Shown here: positions 32,770 through 35,552 of the stretch, one piece after another
Numbering within the stretch: the stretch's first letter is position 1
How the letters are laid out: every line of letters starts with the position of its first letter
Assembly: GCF_964213995.1 (NCBI RefSeq)
Contig: NW_027590197.1
Span: forward strand, 744,001-779,552
DNA from: Mustelus asterias
Lineage: Eukaryota
Direction of reading: 5' to 3'
Length of the DNA: 35,552 nucleotides
Notes under the pieces: model-generated
Seen by the model: only the letters and a program-made list of their open reading frames with translations
Database searches by the model: none
Told to the model about the DNA's origin: nothing
Translations under genes and position numbers: made by a program

Positions 32770-35470
32770 GAGGAAAGATAGAACAGGAGGAAAGAAAGGA
32801 GGGGGAGTTGCACTTTTGATTCAGGAAAACATCACGGCAGTACTGAGAGGGGATATATCCGAGGGTTCGCCTACTGAGTCAAAAGGGTTGAACTGAGAAA
32901 GAAGGGGGAAATCACTTTGATATGGTTGTACTATAGGCCCCCAAATAGTCGGTGGGAAATTGAGGAGCAAATATGTAAGGAGATTACAGATAGTTCCAAG
33001 AAAAATTGGGTGGTAATAGTCGGGGATTTTAACTTTCCCAACATTGACTGGGACAGCCATAGTATTAGAGGCTTGGATGGAGAGAAATTTGTTGAGTGTA
33101 TTCAGGAGGAATTTCTCATTCAGTATGTGGATGGCCCGACTAGAGAGGGGCAAAAGTTCACCTCCTCTTGGGAAATAAGGAAGGGCAGGTGATAGAAGTG
33201 TGAGTGAGGGATCACTTTGGGACCAGTGACCATAATTCCATTAGTTTTAAGATACCTATGGAAAATGATTGGTCAGGTCCAAAAGTTAAAATTCTAAATT
33301 AGGGAAAGGCCAATGTTGATGGTATCAGGCAGGAACTTTCGACAGTTAACTGGGGGAGTCTGTGGGAAGGCAAAGGGACGTCTGGTAAGTGGGAGGCTTT
33401 CAAAAGTGTTTTAACCAGGGTTCAGGGTAAGCACATTGCTCTTAGAGTGATGGGCAAGGCTGGTAGAAGTCGGGAACCCTGGATGACTCGAGATATTGAA
33501 GCCCTCGTCAAGAAGAAGGAGGCACATGACATGCATCGGCAGCTGGGATCAAGTGGATCCCTTGAAGAGTTTCGAGGGTGTAGGAGTAGAATTAAGAGAG
33601 AAGTCAGGAGGGCAAAAAGGGGACACGAGATTGTTTTGGCAGATAAGGCAAAGGAGAATCCAAAGAGGTTCTATAAATACATAAAGTGCCAAAGAGTAAC
33701 TAGGTAGAGAGTAGGGCCTCTTAAGGATCAACAAGGTCATCTATGTGCGGATCCACAAGAGATGGGTGAGATCATAAATGAATATTTTTCATCATTATTT
33801 ATTGTTGAGAAAAGCATGGATGTTAGGGAACTTGGGGAAATAAAGTGATGTCTTGAGAAGTGTACTTATAACAGAGAAGGAGGTGCTGGAAGTCACAAAG
33901 CGCATCAAGGTAGATAAATCCCCGGGACCTGATGAAGTGTATCCCAGAACACTGTGGGAGGCTAGGGAGGAAATTGCGGGTCTCCTAGCAGAGATATTTG
34001 AATCATCGATAGTCACGGGTGAGGTGCCTAAAGATTGGAGGGTGGCAAATGTGGAGCCTTTGTTTAAAAAGGGCTGCAGGGAAAAGCCTGGGAACTAAAG
34101 GGCGGTGTGATTCACATCTGTAAGTTGTCAGAAGGTATTTGAGAGACAGGATCTACAGGCATTTGGAGACACAAGGACTGATTAGGGACGGTCAGCATGG
34201 CTTTGTGAGTGGAAAATCATGTCTCACAAATTTGATTGAGTTTTTTGAAGGGGTAACCAAGAAGGTAGATCAGGGCAGTACAGGTGATGCTGTCTACGTG
34301 GACTTTAGCAAGGCCTTTGACAAGGTACCGCAAGGTAGGTTGTTGCTTAAGGTTAAATCTAATGAAATCCAGGGTGAGTTAGCCAAATGGATACAAAATT
34401 GGCTTGATGACAGAAGACAGAGGGTGGTTGTAGAAGGTTGTTTTTCAAACTGGAGCCTGTGACCAGCGGTGTGCCTCAAGGATCGGTGCTGGGTCCACTG
34501 TTATTTGTCATTTATATTAATGATTTGGATGAGAATGTAGGAGGCATGTGTAGTAAGTTTTCAGATGACACCAAAGTTGGTGGCATTGTGGACAGTGGAG
34601 AAGGCTATCTAGGATTGTAGCGCGATCTTGATCAATTGGGCCAGTGGGCTGACGAATGGCAGATGGAGTTTAATTTAGATAAATGCAAGGTAATCCATTT
34701 TGGGCGATCGAACCAGGACAGGACTTACTCAGTTAATGGTAGGGTGTTGGGGAGAGTTACAGAACAGAAATCTAGGGGTACAGGTACATAGCTCCTTGAA
34801 AATGGAGTTGCAGGTGGACAGAGTGGTGAAGAAGGCATTCTGCATGTTGGTCAGAACATTGAATACAGGAGTTGGAATGTCTTGTTGAAGTTTTACAAGA
34901 CATTGGTAAGGCCACACTTGGAATACTGTGTACAGTTCTGGTCACCCTATGATAGAAAGGATATTATTAAACTAGAAAGACTGCAGAAAAGATTTACTGG
35001 GATGCTACCGGGACTTGATGATTTGAGTTATAAAGAGAGGCTGGATAGACTGGGACTTTTTTCCCTGGAATGTAGGAGGCTTAGGGGTGAACTTATAGAG
35101 GTCTATAAAATAATGAGGGGCATAGATCAGCTAGATAGTCAATATCTTTTCCCAAAGGTAGGGGAGTCTAAAACTAGAGGGCATAGGTTTAAGGTGAGAG
35201 GGGAGAGATACAGAAGGGTCCAGAGGGGCACTTGTTTCACACAGAGGGTGGTGAGTGTCTGGAAAAAGGTGCCAGAGGTAGTAGTAGAGGCAGGTACAAT
35301 TTTGTCTTTTAAAAAGCGTTTAGACAGTTACATGGGTAAGATGGGTGTCGAGGGATATGGGCCAAACGTGGACAATTGGGATGAGCACAGGGGTTAAAAA
35401 AGGGGCGGCATGGACAAGTTGGGCTGAAGGGCCCGTTTCCAAGCTGGAAACCTCTATGACTCCATGACTA
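32770..35470 (+). mobile_element. CR1-clade LINE, endonuclease to RT to tail, multiply frameshifted
   Basis: YYRPPNS...VIVGDFNFPNIDW (APE endonuclease), RT motifs, tail ctctatgactccatgact. Confidence 0.95.
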
Positions 35471-35552
35471 AATCAACTGTCTGCTGAAAGGGTTAACTTT
35501 TCTACAGAACCGAAAGGGGTGGGGAGTGAGAAGAAACTTGGCACACAGTTAC

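Overview
Eukaryotic, repeat-rich genomic DNA, most likely from a shark (cartilaginous fish), judged from its HE1-type V-SINEs, a SacSINE1/DeuSINE-like element and abundant CR1-clade LINEs. The backbone is a tandem cluster of five paralogous C2H2 zinc-finger units, all on the + strand, with 7, 8(+1 relic), 12, 11 and 5 fingers. They share an upstream intron/acceptor cassette and all start at an ATG sitting in a former TGEKP linker (MEKPWKC...). No effector domain is visible in the window. Between units 4 and 5 lies one intact T-cell-receptor alpha/delta-type V gene segment with CRE/CCAAT/TATA promoter, leader exon, 85-nt intron, V exon and 23-spacer RSS. No D, J or C segment was recognised. Also present: Penelope-type short repeats carrying minimal type-I hammerhead ribozyme motifs (two families; one tandem pair; stem I covaries between copies), a 56-bp minisatellite whose units resemble 12-spacer RSSs, a degenerate tRNA-Val(GAC) next to a 5' fragment of a Tx1-clade retrotransposon, a Gypsy integrase fragment, and CpG-island promoters. 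Repeat boundaries were read by eye and are approximate. Family names come from recalled sequence motifs, not database searches.
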